This document shows, piece by piece, positions 22,736 to 35,124 of a stretch of DNA of 64,000 nucleotides; the stretch's first letter is position 1; each line of letters starts with the position of its first letter. A model generated the notes under the pieces. The model was not told the DNA's origin. It did no database searches and worked only from the letters and a program-made list of their open reading frames with translations. Position numbers and translations under genes: made by a program. The DNA is from Obrimoposthia wandeli (lineage: Eukaryota): NCBI GenBank assembly GCA_977020255.1, contig CDROCS010006304.1:1-64000 (forward strand), read 5' to 3'.

Positions 22736-24223
22736 CTAACGCAGCACCACATCAAAATGCTCCGGACCATAATGGCTATCCACTTTGAACTGGATTGTTT
22801 TTTTAATAAAAGTTTCAAGCTCAGCCAAATGATCAGAAGCCTCATCAGTGACATATTCCACAACTTTTTCTGATGCAAACACTAAATACGAATCGGTGTC
22901 GTAAGCACGGTGCTGACGTAGGATCTCTCTAAATATTTCATAACACAAGGTTTCAGGTGTTTTTACTGAACCACGGCTATCACACTGATCACAAGCTTCA
23001 CACAATATATGCTCCAAACTCTCTCTCGTGCGTTTGCGGGTCATTTCAACGAGCCCCAACTGAGAGACCCCCATTACTTTACACTTTGCATGATCACGCT
23101 CTAATCCACGCTCTAGCGTACGTAAAACTTGACGTTGATGATCGGGCAATTCCATATCGATAAAATCAATGATGATAATACCGCCAAGATTGCGTAACCT
23201 CAGTTGTCTGCTTATTGATGTCGCCGCTTCTAAGTTTGTTTTAAAGATTGTATCTTCTAAATTACGATGACCGACAAAGGCTCCGGTATTGACATCGACA
23301 GTGGTCATTGCCTCTGTCTGATCGATGATTAAATAGCCGCCAGATTTTAAGTTGATTTTGCGCCCCAGTGCCCGTTGCATCTCCTCTTCAACGTTGTAGA
23401 GATCAAATATGGGCCGCTCGCCAGGGTAATACTCCAGCCTGTCAAATAACTCAGGGACTAAAGCGCGAGTAAAGTCTTGTGCTTTATTAAACGTCTCGCG
23501 TGAATCAATACGAATACGTTCAATTCCACCGTGCGCCATATCACGTAAGGCACGCATGTTTAATGGCATATCTTCATAGACAACACTTGGCGGGGTCGCC
23601 GTTTTTGCCAATTTATCAACCGAGCTCCACAAACGCTTAAGAAAGCGAATGTCCGCTAGTAATTCTACCTCACTGGCTCCCTCTGCCACTGTACGCAGAA
23701 TATAACCGCCGTTTGCTATATCCTCCTCTTCCAATGCACTGGTCAATGTATTGCGTAAACGCTCCCTTTCCGCGGTGTCCTCTATGCGCTGAGACACCCC
23801 TAAGTGAGGGTTATTGTGCATGTACACAAGATAGCGCGAAGGGATAGATATATGGGTCGTTAAGCGTGCACCTTTGGTGCCTATCGGGTCTTTTGTCACT
23901 TGTACTAGGAGAGGCTGTCCCTCACGCAACAGATGAGAAATGGTATTTTTTGTCTGATCAATATCTTCATTTTGACGTGGCGATACAACCTCATCAACAT
24001 GGATAAAAGCGGCTTTTTCAAGACCTATTTCTACGAAGGCTGCCTGCATCCCAGGCAATACTCGCACTACTTTTCCCTTGTAAATATTACCGACTATGCC
24101 ACGTTTTGTCGTACGTTCGACATAAATTTCTTGAGGCATACCATTTTCAATAATCGCCACCCGAGTTTCCATCGGGGTAAAATTTATGAGTATCTCTTCG
24201 CCAATTGGTGTCGTCACGCTCAA
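22736..24223 (-). CDS. rng: Ribonuclease G
   Basis: GNIYKGKVVRVLPGMQAAFV, DPIGTKGARLT, TEAMTTVDVNTG, RLRNLGGIIIIDFIDM. Confidence 0.96.
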   Translation of the reverse strand: MSVTTPIGEEILINFTPMETRVAIIENGMPQEIYVERTTKRGIVGNIYKGKVVRVLPGMQAAFVEIGLEKAAFIHVDEVVSPRQNEDIDQTKNTISHLLREGQPLLVQVTKDPIGTKGARLTTHISIPSRYLVYMHNNPHLGVSQRIEDTAERERLRNTLTSALEEEDIANGGYILRTVAEGASEVELLADIRFLKRLWSSVDKLAKTATPPSVVYEDMPLNMRALRDMAHGGIERIRIDSRETFNKAQDFTRALVPELFDRLEYYPGERPIFDLYNVEEEMQRALGRKINLKSGGYLIIDQTEAMTTVDVNTGAFVGHRNLEDTIFKTNLEAATSISRQLRLRNLGGIIIIDFIDMELPDHQRQVLRTLERGLERDHAKCKVMGVSQLGLVEMTRKRTRESLEHILCEACDQCDSRGSVKTPETLCYEIFREILRQHRAYDTDSYLVFASEKVVEYVTDEASDHLAELETFIKKTIQFKVDSHYGPEHFDVVLR

Positions 24224-24230
24224 TCCTTGT

Positions 24231-24812
24231 TTAATTAAACTGCCAAATAGGAACCTTAAATTCTGTCAGTAAATCAGCCGTTTGTGCTAATGGCAAGCCA
24301 ACAATTGCCGAATAGCTGCCCTGTATTTGCTCGACAAACCGCCCTCCTATTCCCTGTATCCCATAACTGCCAGCTTTATCCTGGGGTTCACCTGTTTTCC
24401 AGTAACTTACGCACTGCTGTTCGTCGAGTGTCGCAAATTTAACTTGCGCCTCAACTGTTACGCAGCGACAGCCATGGGGTCCGCTCAACGCAACACTGGT
24501 TAACACAGTGTGCCAGTGGCCAGATAATAGCATTAACATCTCTACCGCATTTTCTTGGTTATTGGGTTTGCCTAAAATCTGCTGCTGATAAACCACCGTG
24601 GTGTCACTGCCTAATACCAGTGATTCGGAGGTGTTTAATACATAAACAGTATGGCTTTTCTCTCTTGCCATACGCTCAACATATTGATTAGGTGACTCGC
24701 CTCCATATGGAGACTCATCTATGTCGGCACTTTGCACCGTAAACTCTGTACCCAACTGTGTTAGTAATTCTTTACGCCTAGGTGATGCAGATGCCAGAAT
24801 TAACTTATTCAT
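24231..24812 (-). CDS. maf: Maf family nucleotide pyrophosphatase (YhdE)
   Basis: LILASASPRRKELL, GSDTTV, DKAGSYGIQG, GSYSAIVGLP. Confidence 0.95.
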   Translation of the reverse strand: MNKLILASASPRRKELLTQLGTEFTVQSADIDESPYGGESPNQYVERMAREKSHTVYVLNTSESLVLGSDTTVVYQQQILGKPNNQENAVEMLMLLSGHWHTVLTSVALSGPHGCRCVTVEAQVKFATLDEQQCVSYWKTGEPQDKAGSYGIQGIGGRFVEQIQGSYSAIVGLPLAQTADLLTEFKVPIWQFN

Positions 24813-25297
24813 GAAACCCTGAATGTGCGTCTAATACTACGTAATATGACAAAAACCCAAGGCCAAAGAAGTGCACTAACAAAAGCTGGAATCAGAAAAT
24901 GAAAGCTATCGGCTATGGTGCCAGTTATCGCTTGAAACCAGTAGAATATTGATTGATTGAGTCCGATAAGCAAGAATACTACTAAAGCTTGCTGCCACAG
25001 TGGATACATCCGAATACGTTTGTGTAGGATTAGCGTGATGAAGGCTATTATGGTTAGAGCCACCGCATTGATACCCAGTACCGAACCATTTAAGACATCT
25101 AACATCAAGCCAACCAACCATGAAGTCCCCACCCCAAAGCGTTGCGGAAGTGCCATAATCCAGTAGATAACAAGCATCACCACCCATTCGGGACGCCACC
25201 ATTCTAGAGCAATGGGTAAAGGTAGATCACTGAGGGCAAAAGCGAGAATAAAGGTGGCAAAAATAATGAGCCTACCACCACTTATCGGTGTACTCAC
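24809..25297 (-). CDS. mreD: Rod shape-determining protein MreD
   Basis: RPEWVVMLVIYW..P, GLMLDVLNGSVLG, ALLWPW. Confidence 0.94.
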   Translation of the reverse strand: MSTPISGGRLIIFATFILAFALSDLPLPIALEWWRPEWVVMLVIYWIMALPQRFGVGTSWLVGLMLDVLNGSVLGINAVALTIIAFITLILHKRIRMYPLWQQALVVFLLIGLNQSIFYWFQAITGTIADSFHFLIPAFVSALLWPWVFVILRSIRRTFRVS

Positions 25298-26181
25298 TTC
25301 ACAGCACTCGCAGAGGGGCTGAGCGCATCTAATACAGACTCATCATCTGTGATTTCCAATACTTCTGTTGGCGTATCAACCATCATTACATAACGGCTAT
25401 TATTCAAGCGTGCTGAGGGCATTGCTTGGACTTGCATAAACTTACGACTGGGGTCTCGCATGACAGAGCTCACCTTGGCGACTGGATAACCAAAGGGAAA
25501 GCGCTGTCCCAACCCAGAGCTAATCAAGATATCACCTTCACGTATATCGCCTTTGTCCGGCACATAGGCGATGACAAGTTCTCGGTGATTACCATTGCCC
25601 AATGCAATTGCCCGCAAACCATTGCGCACTACCTCAACAGGTATTGCATGGCGACCATCAGTCACCAACATTGTACGGTTAGTATAGAGCGAGACTTCAA
25701 CTACTTGGCCCAATACACCACCGGCATCCAATACAGGCTGTCCGACAAACACACCATCCTCACTGCCTTTATCCAGTATCACTTGATGCTGGAAAGGATT
25801 GGGATTTACCCCTATCAACTCGGCGAGTTGGACATCGTCCTTTAGTTTATCACTGCCATTGAGAAGCTCACGTAGGCGAATATTTTCTGCGCGCAGCGTC
25901 GCCATTTGTTGCACTTGCTGTGCCAGCACAATCGATTCCGAACGCAATTTATTGTTGTCTTTGATCAACATCCGCCGCTCTACTAGAACACTGGAGAGAT
26001 CGTCGGCAAATTTTGTTGGCAAATCGACTAACCACTGTACTGGGGTTAGTACGATAGAGAGCACTGAGCGCACCCCCTTGGTCGAATCACCGCGCAGGTC
26101 GACCACGATAAAAATCAGTGCCGCTACAATTAAGAGCATTGCACTGATACGTGGTAGACCACCGCGAAAGATAGGCTTCAT
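25294..26181 (-). CDS. mreC: Rod shape-determining protein MreC
   Basis: MKPIF, coiled coil LRAENIRLRELL, ILDKGSEDGV, SSGLGQRFPFGYPV. Confidence 0.94.
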   Translation of the reverse strand: MKPIFRGGLPRISAMLLIVAALIFIVVDLRGDSTKGVRSVLSIVLTPVQWLVDLPTKFADDLSSVLVERRMLIKDNNKLRSESIVLAQQVQQMATLRAENIRLRELLNGSDKLKDDVQLAELIGVNPNPFQHQVILDKGSEDGVFVGQPVLDAGGVLGQVVEVSLYTNRTMLVTDGRHAIPVEVVRNGLRAIALGNGNHRELVIAYVPDKGDIREGDILISSGLGQRFPFGYPVAKVSSVMRDPSRKFMQVQAMPSARLNNSRYVMMVDTPTEVLEITDDESVLDALSPSASAVK

Positions 26182-26260
26182 ATCAACACCTCTCGCTGAA
26201 GCATCGATTAGAAGGTTTTGCCATTAACGGGCAACAGTTCAACACAACAACGTCGCCAAA

Positions 26261-27319
<1,059 letters not shown>

Positions 27320-27462
27320 TTACGGCGAATGCATCGAATTATAAAAACAGCTAACTCTAACAATCACAGGCAATTAGAGCAAGAAACAATTAGGCTCAGC
27401 TGCGGTTTTTTGGTAAATTTAGCGTTTTAGTTCATATCATCAAAATGACAGAGAATCTATCC

Positions 27463-27750
27463 ATGGCTTTAGACAGGACAGATGTAGAAAAAATCGCTCA
27501 CTTGGCGCGATTAAACATCGATGAATCCGATATTAGTGAATATCAAAACAATCTGAGCAATATTTTAGACCTAGTCAGCCAGATGCAGGCTATTGACACG
27601 ACAGGCGTCGAACCGCTTTCACATCCATTAGATGCCATTCAACGCTTACGCGCAGACAGTGTGACCGAGAGCAACCAACGTGAGGTGCTACTAAAAGCAG
27701 CCCCCGCTGTTGAAGACGGGCTCTTCCTAGTACCCAAAGTAATAGATTAA
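27463..27750 (+). CDS. gatC: Asp/Glu-tRNA amidotransferase subunit C
   Basis: [31 protein letters not shown]. Confidence 0.95.
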   Translation: MALDRTDVEKIAHLARLNIDESDISEYQNNLSNILDLVSQMQAIDTTGVEPLSHPLDAIQRLRADSVTESNQREVLLKAAPAVEDGLFLVPKVID

Positions 27751-27768
27751 TCGCCATAGGATTTTTAT

Positions 27769-29220
27769 ATGTTTAGCAAAACCATCGCACAGCTGTCTCG
27801 CGACCTCCAGCAGGGCGAGTACAGCAGCGCAGAGCTGACACAAAGCTATCTAGACCGTATTAGCGCGGTTGACTCAAAGATAAACAGCTACATTAGCGTC
27901 ACTCCTGAAATCGCACTCGCTCAGGCGCGTGAAGCTGATCAGCAGATCGCCGCTGGCAATGCAGGTCCAATGACAGGCATACCCATCGCGCATAAAGATA
28001 TTTTTTGTACGCAAGGCGTTCGTACCAGTGCGGGCTCTAAAATGCTCGACAACTTCATCTCGCCTTATAACGCAACCGTAGTGGAAAAGTTCAATCAGGC
28101 GAATGCCGTTTGCTTGGGTAAAACCAACATGGACGAGTTCGCCATGGGCTCTTCCAACGAATCAAGCTTTTACGGGGCAGTCAAAAACCCTTGGAATTTA
28201 GACAAGGTTCCCGGCGGTTCGTCTGGAGGCTCAGCTGCTGCCGTCGCTGCGCAGCTCGCGCCTGCCGCAACTGGCACAGATACCGGTGGCTCCATCCGCC
28301 AACCGTGCGCGCTAACCAACCTAAGCGGCATTAAACCGACTTACGGCCGGGTTTCGCGTTACGGTATGATAGCCTTCGCCTCTTCTCTAGATCAGGCAGG
28401 CCCAATGACCAAAACGGCTGAAGATGCCGCAATCATGCTCAATGTCATGGCAGGCTTTGATCCCAAAGACTCTACCAGCGCACAGCAACCGACGGATGAT
28501 TACTGCGCCACTTTAAACCAACCGCTTAAAGGTTTGAAAATAGGCCTTCCAAAAGAGTTTTTCGGCAGCAGCCTCAACCCTGCTATCGACGCTAAAATTC
28601 AAGATGCATTGAAAGAATACCAAGCATTGGGAGCCGAACTTAAAGAAATCAGCTTACCCAATACCGGCCTATCAATCCCCGCGTACTATATTATCGCCCC
28701 CGCTGAAGCATCATCAAATCTATCGCGCTTCGATGGCGTACGTTACGGGCATCGCTGCGATTCTCCTGTCGATTTAGAAGACATGTACAAACGCAGTCGC
28801 GGCGAAGGTTTTGGCACTGAGGTCAAGCGCCGTATTTTAGTGGGCACCTATGCATTGTCTGAAGGTTTTTACGATGCTTATTACAAAAAAGCCCAGCAAA
28901 TTCGCCGCTTAATTCAACAAGATTTCAGCAATGCACTGAAAGAAGTCGATGTTATTATGGGACCCACCACGCCCCAACCGGCCTTCACTATTGGCGAGAA
29001 AACATCTGACCCTGTCGAAATGTACATGGAAGACATCTACACCCTGTCACTAAACCTAGCAGGTATGCCAGGCATGTCCATTCCCTGCGGCCAGTGCGAT
29101 GGACTGCCAGTGGGCTTACAGATAATCGGTAACTATTTCGCCGAGCAAAAACTACTCAACGTTGCCCATATGTTTCAACAGGCAACCGACTGGCACACTC
29201 ACACAGCACCACAACTATAA
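27769..29220 (+). CDS. gatA: Asp/Glu-tRNA amidotransferase subunit A
   Basis: Amidase signature [47 protein letters not shown]. Confidence 0.97.
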   Translation: MFSKTIAQLSRDLQQGEYSSAELTQSYLDRISAVDSKINSYISVTPEIALAQAREADQQIAAGNAGPMTGIPIAHKDIFCTQGVRTSAGSKMLDNFISPYNATVVEKFNQANAVCLGKTNMDEFAMGSSNESSFYGAVKNPWNLDKVPGGSSGGSAAAVAAQLAPAATGTDTGGSIRQPCALTNLSGIKPTYGRVSRYGMIAFASSLDQAGPMTKTAEDAAIMLNVMAGFDPKDSTSAQQPTDDYCATLNQPLKGLKIGLPKEFFGSSLNPAIDAKIQDALKEYQALGAELKEISLPNTGLSIPAYYIIAPAEASSNLSRFDGVRYGHRCDSPVDLEDMYKRSRGEGFGTEVKRRILVGTYALSEGFYDAYYKKAQQIRRLIQQDFSNALKEVDVIMGPTTPQPAFTIGEKTSDPVEMYMEDIYTLSLNLAGMPGMSIPCGQCDGLPVGLQIIGNYFAEQKLLNVAHMFQQATDWHTHTAPQL

Positions 29221-29229
29221 GGAGCCACT

Positions 29230-30681
29230 ATGCAATGGGAAGCTGTTATCGGGCTTGAGATTCACGCTCAACTCGCTACTGAATCTAAAATATTTTCTGG
29301 CGCCAGCACACGTTTTGGCGCAGAACCCAACACCCAGGCATGCGCCGTTGACTTAGCGCTACCTGGAACCCTGCCTGTTTTCAACGAAAAAGCGCTGGAA
29401 ATGGCCGTCATGTTTGGCACCGCCATCGACGCAGAAATCGGTAAAGTCTCTGTTTTCGATCGCAAAAATTATTTTTATCCCGATTCACCGAAAGGCTACC
29501 AAACTAGCCAACTATTTTATCCAATTGTCGGTTTAGGACATATCGATATTGAGCTCTCTGATGGCTCAACTAAGCGTATCGGGGTTACCCGTGCGCACTT
29601 GGAGGAAGATGCAGGAAAGTCGCTGCATGAATCATTTCCATCCATGACTGGTATCGATTTAAACCGTGCAGGCACACCGCTGCTGGAAATCGTCTCTGAA
29701 CCGGATATGCGTAGCGCCGAAGAAGCAGTGGCTTACGTAAAAAAAGTCCACTCGCTTGTCACCAGTCTAGGCATTTGTGATGGCAATATGGCAGAGGGAT
29801 CTTTTCGCTGTGACTGTAACGTATCCGTACGCTACAAAGGCGAAGAGCTAGGTCAGCGAACTGAGAGCAAAAACATTAACTCATTCCGCTTCATTGAAAA
29901 AGCTATTAAAGGCGAAATCATTCGTCAGATTGATATTTTAGAAGACGGCGGTAGCATCACTCAAGAAACTCGTCTTTATGATGCCGACAAGGACGAAACA
30001 CGCCCGATGCGCAGCAAGGAAGAAGCTAACGATTACCGCTACTTCCCCTGCCCTGACTTACTACCTATTGTCATTGAAGACGATTACATTGAAGCTATTC
30101 GCGCCAACCTTCCGGAATTGCCCGATGCACGCCATGCGCGCTTTATCGAGCAGTACCAGCTGAACGATTACGATGCAGGCATTCTCAGCGGTAATAAGGC
30201 ACAGGCAGATTTCTTTGAACAAGTGACCACTATTACCGGAGATTCTAAGCTTTCCGCTAACTGGATCAGCGGCGAACTGGCTAAATTACTAAATCAGCAC
30301 GACCGTCAAATAGAACAATGTCCCGTCACTGCACAATCATTTGCCCAGCTACTTATTCGCATCAAGGACAATACTATTTCTGGAAACATCGCGAAAAAAG
30401 TATTTGAAGCAATGTGGAACGGCGAAGGCGATGCGGATCAAGTGATAGAAGCGAAAGGTCTAAAGCAAGTAAGCGACTCTAGCGCGATCGAAGTGCTGGT
30501 AGATCAAGTAATGGCTGCTAACCCACTGCAAGTGGAACAGTACGTCAGCGCCGAACCTGACAAGCGCGGTAAAATGATCGGCTTCTTCATGGGCCAGGTC
30601 ATGAAAGCATCAGCAGGCAAGGCAAACCCAGGGCAAGTTCAAGGCATACTTAAACCGAAACTAGACGCCCTCTGCAGCTAA
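29230..30681 (+). CDS. gatB: Asp/Glu-tRNA amidotransferase subunit B
   Basis: [59 protein letters not shown]. Confidence 0.97.
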   Translation: MQWEAVIGLEIHAQLATESKIFSGASTRFGAEPNTQACAVDLALPGTLPVFNEKALEMAVMFGTAIDAEIGKVSVFDRKNYFYPDSPKGYQTSQLFYPIVGLGHIDIELSDGSTKRIGVTRAHLEEDAGKSLHESFPSMTGIDLNRAGTPLLEIVSEPDMRSAEEAVAYVKKVHSLVTSLGICDGNMAEGSFRCDCNVSVRYKGEELGQRTESKNINSFRFIEKAIKGEIIRQIDILEDGGSITQETRLYDADKDETRPMRSKEEANDYRYFPCPDLLPIVIEDDYIEAIRANLPELPDARHARFIEQYQLNDYDAGILSGNKAQADFFEQVTTITGDSKLSANWISGELAKLLNQHDRQIEQCPVTAQSFAQLLIRIKDNTISGNIAKKVFEAMWNGEGDADQVIEAKGLKQVSDSSAIEVLVDQVMAANPLQVEQYVSAEPDKRGKMIGFFMGQVMKASAGKANPGQVQGILKPKLDALCS

Positions 30682-30840
30682 CATTAATCGCTCATCAGCA
30701 AAATCACGACCAACCAGACAAGAGTTCTCTTGTCTGGTTTTCATATAGCGTAACTCGCCTGGGTTTAAGTCGTATTCTTCATCTCAGCTAAGCAGTGCCT
30801 TACTCGCTCTTGCCATACAAATTAAAATACACCATATCTA

Positions 30841-33129
30841 TTAATGAACAACCGTATTGGACTCAATCAAATCTACATATGACTTAAGCAGCACTTGCCT
30901 TGATCGCTTCATGAGAGGCGCGATATCTACCGCTAAAGACAACTTCTCATTACATTGCTTTATCATCCCCTGTTCTTTCAGGTTCTTAACGAAACCCAAA
31001 ATACTACGCGAATCACTGTACTCTGGCGACCGAAAGCCAAACTCCATATGTAATGCCGCTGCGATACGAACCCCTTCATCGACCAAATCTGATTCACAAA
31101 TAGAACCGCAGCGCTCAAGCAGACGAAAGACTATGTAATAACGCAATAGATAAGGCTCTGCACTTTGCATCATCACTACAGATAACGAGGTACTTCGCAC
31201 CTCTAATACGCCCTCTTTTTGCTCTATGAGCTGCTGTGACAACAGCACATCACGCACCGACGAAATAATTTCTGGTAACTGCTTGGCCTCCCAAGGCCAA
31301 AAAAGACTACGCGTCAAGAAAGGATAAACACTAATGATCATCGCACTAACTGTTCGAATATTTGCTTTGGGATAACGCTTAGCAAAGAGCAAATAGATAC
31401 CGATAAATAATGTTAAATGCTGAATTTGATTGCGATAAAAAGTCATCTCAGCAGCCTGCTCATTGTCCAGATAGACATCCTGCGCACTAATCTGCAACTG
31501 CCCTCTCGCAGCAGCATCCTCTATCCACTGCTCTACATTTCCCTTAGCCGTACCCACGGGTCGCGCAGGCAACTGCAACAACAATGAAGACAACTGATTA
31601 ACTTGTGATATCAGATGCTCTCTACCCATGCGTTGCCGGCTTTGAGTTAGTAACACTGTCGCTAAAAGCGAAGTCTCCGTCACATAGGCTGCTTTATTAA
31701 TAGCCTTCATGACATCCTGACCAATTAATTTGGATTTCATCGCTAAATCATCATACTTTGACAGATGCTGATCGAGCTCTATCGGCTTGGCGTAGCTGAT
31801 AACAGCATCCCCTTGCCTCCCCTTAAATAATTTCAAACTACGCAACAAACCTGCAAATGATTCGCTTTTTTTACCCTCTCCTGCCAATTGAGCTTGGTAG
31901 CTACGATTTTCGGTCAATTTATCGTAACCGACCCACACTGGCACCAATGCGATAGGTTTACCTTGGCCGCTTTTGGCCGCTTCGATTGTCAGTGACAACA
32001 CCCCTAATTTCGGCGACAGCAATCGACCAGTGCGACTACGCCCACCTTCAATAAAATATTCCAGGGCATGGCCGGCATTGTGCATCTTCATCATATAGGC
32101 TTTGAAAAGCGCGGAATATAAAGGATCTTCACGAAAGCTACGACGCATAAAAATAGCGCCACCACGACGTAAAAGCCCTCCTAAAACAGGTGCGTTTAAA
32201 TTATCTCCGGCTACGACATAGGGCAGCATTAGGCCTTGATTATGCAAAGTCCAAGAAACCAATAGATAGTCCATGTGACTGCGATGACAAGGTAAATAGA
32301 TCATTTGATGTGTTTTTGCCATTTGGCGCACATCTTCCATGCCTTCAACTCGAACTTGACGATATACTTTTTGATAAAAACGCGTCAGGCCTAAACCGAT
32401 AAACCTAGCAACACTCGGACTTAAATTCGCGGCCATTTTGCGTAATTCACGACGTGCCAGCTTCTCTATTTGCTCTGGTTCTTTAGACTGCTGCACCGCC
32501 ATTTGATGTATAGCGCGCTGCACATCTGCGCTAGCAACAAGTTCAGTAATCAAATGCTTACGTTTTTTCAGCACAGGACCAAAGGTTGCGGCACGACGCT
32601 GTAAAAAGTGCGCCTGTAACTGATCGACCACCTTAGCAGCCATGACTCCTGATGTTTGCTGTCGCTGCAGCTCCATAAGCGCGCGTAGAGACAGCGCCTT
32701 ATCAAGCTGGATAATTGTCTGTCGCCCATTAAACAACAATTGAATCAAACGCCCCCACCAGCTAGTGATACCTTCACGCTCGGCAAGCAAAAAACGCCAC
32801 CACGAGAATGATCTATTGGGCAAATGACCGTGATATACACTGACAGGAATGAGCTGAATATCAGGAGCATCTGGGGTGAATTCCAACTTCTCTACCAACG
32901 ATTCAAGACGATATAAGAGCGCTTTGTACTTGCGACGATCCGCACTGAGCAATTGTCTGTTAGGGAATTCACACCCTCTATCACGTAACAACAACGCCAA
33001 TAGCTCTCTGTGTTCTACTCTGCCATTCTCCAATACATAGACAGCATTATTACCAACCGATAAATGCACATCGCCAACGACTTGCGCCCTGACAAAAAGC
33101 TTATTAATAAAGCGACCTAACAATGCCAT
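30841..33129 (-). CDS. plsB: Glycerol-3-phosphate O-acyltransferase (PlsB/GPAT family)
   Basis: HxxxxD motif CHRSHMDY, AGDNLN, GAIFMRRSF, YFIEGGRSRTG. Confidence 0.85.
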   Translation of the reverse strand: MALLGRFINKLFVRAQVVGDVHLSVGNNAVYVLENGRVEHRELLALLLRDRGCEFPNRQLLSADRRKYKALLYRLESLVEKLEFTPDAPDIQLIPVSVYHGHLPNRSFSWWRFLLAEREGITSWWGRLIQLLFNGRQTIIQLDKALSLRALMELQRQQTSGVMAAKVVDQLQAHFLQRRAATFGPVLKKRKHLITELVASADVQRAIHQMAVQQSKEPEQIEKLARRELRKMAANLSPSVARFIGLGLTRFYQKVYRQVRVEGMEDVRQMAKTHQMIYLPCHRSHMDYLLVSWTLHNQGLMLPYVVAGDNLNAPVLGGLLRRGGAIFMRRSFREDPLYSALFKAYMMKMHNAGHALEYFIEGGRSRTGRLLSPKLGVLSLTIEAAKSGQGKPIALVPVWVGYDKLTENRSYQAQLAGEGKKSESFAGLLRSLKLFKGRQGDAVISYAKPIELDQHLSKYDDLAMKSKLIGQDVMKAINKAAYVTETSLLATVLLTQSRQRMGREHLISQVNQLSSLLLQLPARPVGTAKGNVEQWIEDAAARGQLQISAQDVYLDNEQAAEMTFYRNQIQHLTLFIGIYLLFAKRYPKANIRTVSAMIISVYPFLTRSLFWPWEAKQLPEIISSVRDVLLSQQLIEQKEGVLEVRSTSLSVVMMQSAEPYLLRYYIVFRLLERCGSICESDLVDEGVRIAAALHMEFGFRSPEYSDSRSILGFVKNLKEQGMIKQCNEKLSLAVDIAPLMKRSRQVLLKSYVDLIESNTVVH

Positions 33130-33160
33130 AGAGAATATTTCTTCCTTAATGGGTGCAACT

Positions 33161-33175
33161 ATAGTGAATCACTAT
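33161..33175. promoter_or_regulatory. Perfect 7-1-7 palindrome ATAGTGA-A-TCACTAT upstream of plsB
   Basis: Read directly; 32 bp upstream of the plsB start. Confidence 0.3.
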
Positions 33176-33255
33176 CGTCACGTAATTTAACAGCACCCGG
33201 ATTTTACCTAGTAGATTGCAACACCGATAGTTATTTCATCACAAAAAAACTCTTA

Positions 33256-33465
33256 TCAATAATGCGGTGGAGGCGCATCTATTATTTCGCTATGCGAATC
33301 CAGCTCTCCGGTCATTTTAATCTGATGACTTAATAGCTTTACGACACGAGATAAATCCATCAGGGACTTGTCTTGTTTTGCCACCACTTGGTTTAATTCA
33401 TCAATCATTTGCTCTTGAAAAGCGACCCGCGCTTCAAGCTCGTTTATCCGGCTTTCGATATCCAT
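33256..33465 (-). CDS. slyX: SlyX family protein
   Basis: RINELEARVAFQEQMIDELNQVVAKQ, C-terminal PPPHY. Confidence 0.95.
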   Translation of the reverse strand: MDIESRINELEARVAFQEQMIDELNQVVAKQDKSLMDLSRVVKLLSHQIKMTGELDSHSEIIDAPPPHY

Positions 33466-33634
33466 TAGCTCAACCTACCATTACAAAATGGCATACAGTA
33501 ACGGGCAGCGCTTGATAGGTAAATCAAAACTTTATATATCAGCGCAGCCCGCCCATGCCCAATAACAATGGCACCCCCTGACCCTGCAACGCCAACAATC
33601 TCCCGAGAAGTCCGGCAAGCTATTAATATTCTTA

Positions 33635-33663
33635 TTGAATATTAGATCAAGAACCTGTATACC
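33635..33663 (+). promoter_or_regulatory. Candidate sigma70 promoter of the cold-shock-domain gene
   Basis: TTGAAT-17 bp-TATACC, which predicts a ~94-nt 5' UTR. Confidence 0.4.
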
Positions 33664-33763
33664 TGAGCGCTGCAAGAGCAAGTACTAGCGCGCTTTAATA
33701 AGACTTATAGTACTCTTTGCAGATGTATGCCTTTTTATAAATATAACTTTAAGAGATAATTCG

Positions 33764-34234
33764 ATGAGTGGTAATCAACTATTTCGCAGCATCATTGTCA
33801 GTGCTATCGCTGCTGTTCTAATGCCTTTTTTATTAACAAAACTTACTGATGTTAACCTTCCGTCCTTCGATCCTGTAGTCTTGCTTGTTATTTTTGCAGT
33901 GACTATGGCTTGTTGTGCTGTAGCGGGTTTCTCCGCAACTACAGAACAAAATAGCCTTGAGGATTCAAATGCAGATCGTGAAAACGGCGCTGAATACGAT
34001 GACGACGAAGAACTAGAAAATGATGAGCGTGAAACCGGTACTGTTAAATGGTTTAACGTCTCTAAAGGCTTCGGCTTTATCACTAGAGAGAACGGCGATG
34101 ATGTCTTCGTTCACTTTCGTAACATTCGCGGACGCGGCCATCGCTCTCTCAGTGAAGGTCAGCAGGTAAAATTTTATAGCCGTGATAGCGATAAAGGCCT
34201 GCAAGCAGAAGACGTTTCAATATTACGTAGCTAA
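33764..34234 (+). CDS. Cold-shock-domain protein with two N-terminal TM segments and an acidic linker
   Basis: C-terminal [18 protein letters not shown] (RNP1) and DVFVHF (RNP2); two hydrophobic N-terminal stretches; linker [12 protein letters not shown]. Confidence 0.92.
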   Translation: MSGNQLFRSIIVSAIAAVLMPFLLTKLTDVNLPSFDPVVLLVIFAVTMACCAVAGFSATTEQNSLEDSNADRENGAEYDDDEELENDERETGTVKWFNVSKGFGFITRENGDDVFVHFRNIRGRGHRSLSEGQQVKFYSRDSDKGLQAEDVSILRS

Positions 34235-34242
34235 GCACACCC

Positions 34243-34268
34243 ATTGCGTACGCCCAAGCGTACGCAAT
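34243..34268. terminator. Perfect hairpin between convergent csp and DUF72 genes
   Basis: attgcgtacgc ccaa gcgtacgcaat (11-bp stem). Confidence 0.65.
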
Positions 34269-34278
34269 CCTTCTCCCC

Positions 34279-35124
34279 TTAAAACAAATCATCTTGCATC
34301 CCCTGAGGCCACAATCGAATAGGTACCAACTCCTCAATTTTTTGCGCTAATAATGTACTAAAATCACATGCTAACTGTGGTGCACTTGCATTATCAGGTG
34401 TGTGAAAGAAGAGATAGGGCGTCTTGCCTTGCTCTAGCCATTTAACGGTTTGATTTACCCATTGCTCGATCTCTAGTTTTGCCAAGTCTTGATCCATAGG
34501 CACGATTAACCGAACCATTGGCTGATTGGCTGTCGCAATAACATGCGTCGGTACTTTAGGCTTCGCATTTAGAGCTTCACGTGTCGCAGTATCATTGAGA
34601 TAGTCATGTTTAAACAATGAACGAGTATCAAAAATCACTCGATTAATGTGATATTTATGTAATAACTGATTAAAGCGCAACTCAATCTCACCTTTCGCAA
34701 AAAAACAAAGATGCCTCACTTCTACCGCGTAATTAAAATCATTGGGCAGGCTTTGTAAAAACAACTCAAGATGATTAAGTGAGCGTCCATCGAAGTATTG
34801 ATCAAGTTGTAACCAAATTAGACCGATTTTGTACTTTAATAACGAAATTCGGTTCAGAAATTCGCTAACCTGCCGTGAACAATGAGTAAGGCGCTGTTTA
34901 TGGGTAATCTCTTTCGGAAATTTAAAGCAAAAGCGAAAGTGTTCATCAATTGTATCATTCCATAAGTGTATGTTTTGCAAACTGGGTATAGCATAGAAAG
35001 AATGATTGCCCTCAACGCAACTAAAGCTTTTACTATAGGTAACTAACGATTGCGTCTGCGCTTTGTGGGAGTACCATTGTGGGTGGTGCCATTGGGCTAA
35101 ACCGAAATATATTTCATGTTTCAT
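34279..35124 (-). CDS. DUF72 family protein (YecE-like)
   Basis: FGLAQWHHPQW, VEGNHSFYA, FRFCFKFPKEITH, YAVEVRH, PYLFFHTPDN. Confidence 0.9.
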   Translation of the reverse strand: MKHEIYFGLAQWHHPQWYSHKAQTQSLVTYSKSFSCVEGNHSFYAIPSLQNIHLWNDTIDEHFRFCFKFPKEITHKQRLTHCSRQVSEFLNRISLLKYKIGLIWLQLDQYFDGRSLNHLELFLQSLPNDFNYAVEVRHLCFFAKGEIELRFNQLLHKYHINRVIFDTRSLFKHDYLNDTATREALNAKPKVPTHVIATANQPMVRLIVPMDQDLAKLEIEQWVNQTVKWLEQGKTPYLFFHTPDNASAPQLACDFSTLLAQKIEELVPIRLWPQGMQDDLF

